64,000 bases of DNA. Source: Eledone cirrhosa (lineage: Eukaryota). Made by a program: the position numbers and the translations under genes. Positions 63,934 through 64,000 of the stretch are shown here, in pieces. A model generated the notes under the pieces. The model had not been told where the DNA came from. It ran no database searches and saw only the letters and a list, made by a program, of their open reading frames with translations. Position 1 is the stretch's first letter. Each line of letters opens with the position of its first letter. The stretch is taken from positions 327,422,001-327,486,000 of the forward strand of contig OZ024742.1 in the NCBI GenBank assembly GCA_964016885.1. Direction: 5' to 3'.

Positions 63934-64000
63934 AATATGTGTGTGTTTGTGCATAGGTAAAAAAAAAACAGAAGTCAGGTGGAGGTAGATAGTTAGTTCA

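Overview
AT-rich, repeat-dense eukaryotic genomic DNA, most likely from an octopus or another coleoid cephalopod (inferred from the RTE LINEs, tRNA/Nin-type SINEs and abundant TA/CAT microsatellites; not proven). One host gene occupies most of the window on the minus strand: a myelin regulatory factor (MYRF) orthologue. I reconstructed 20 coding exons (63052 down to the stop at 13545), all with GT-AG ends and consistent phases. They give about 1040 codons covering the Pro-rich/LPDSPPDS region, the KKRK NLS and IKQE motif, the NDT80-type DNA-binding domain, the peptidase-S74/ICA autocleavage domain, a coiled coil, a TM helix and the luminal C-terminal domain. The first exon(s) lie beyond the window end. 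The introns and downstream flank hold four young RTE LINE copies (one with an intact 1039-aa APE-RT-PHD ORF), a Tx1-like LINE with a 17-bp TSD, mariner/piggyBac/pogo/hAT-type MITEs, Penelope, R4-like and CR1 fragments, many SINEs and several minisatellites. The most unexpected signal is a family of short non-coding elements in (TA)n tracts. They carry type I hammerhead-ribozyme folds with covarying helices, a shared C-C mismatch in helix II and a palindromic helix III, and each starts with a 5' fold-back; one forms a near-perfect 388-bp palindrome beside a MYRF splice acceptor.
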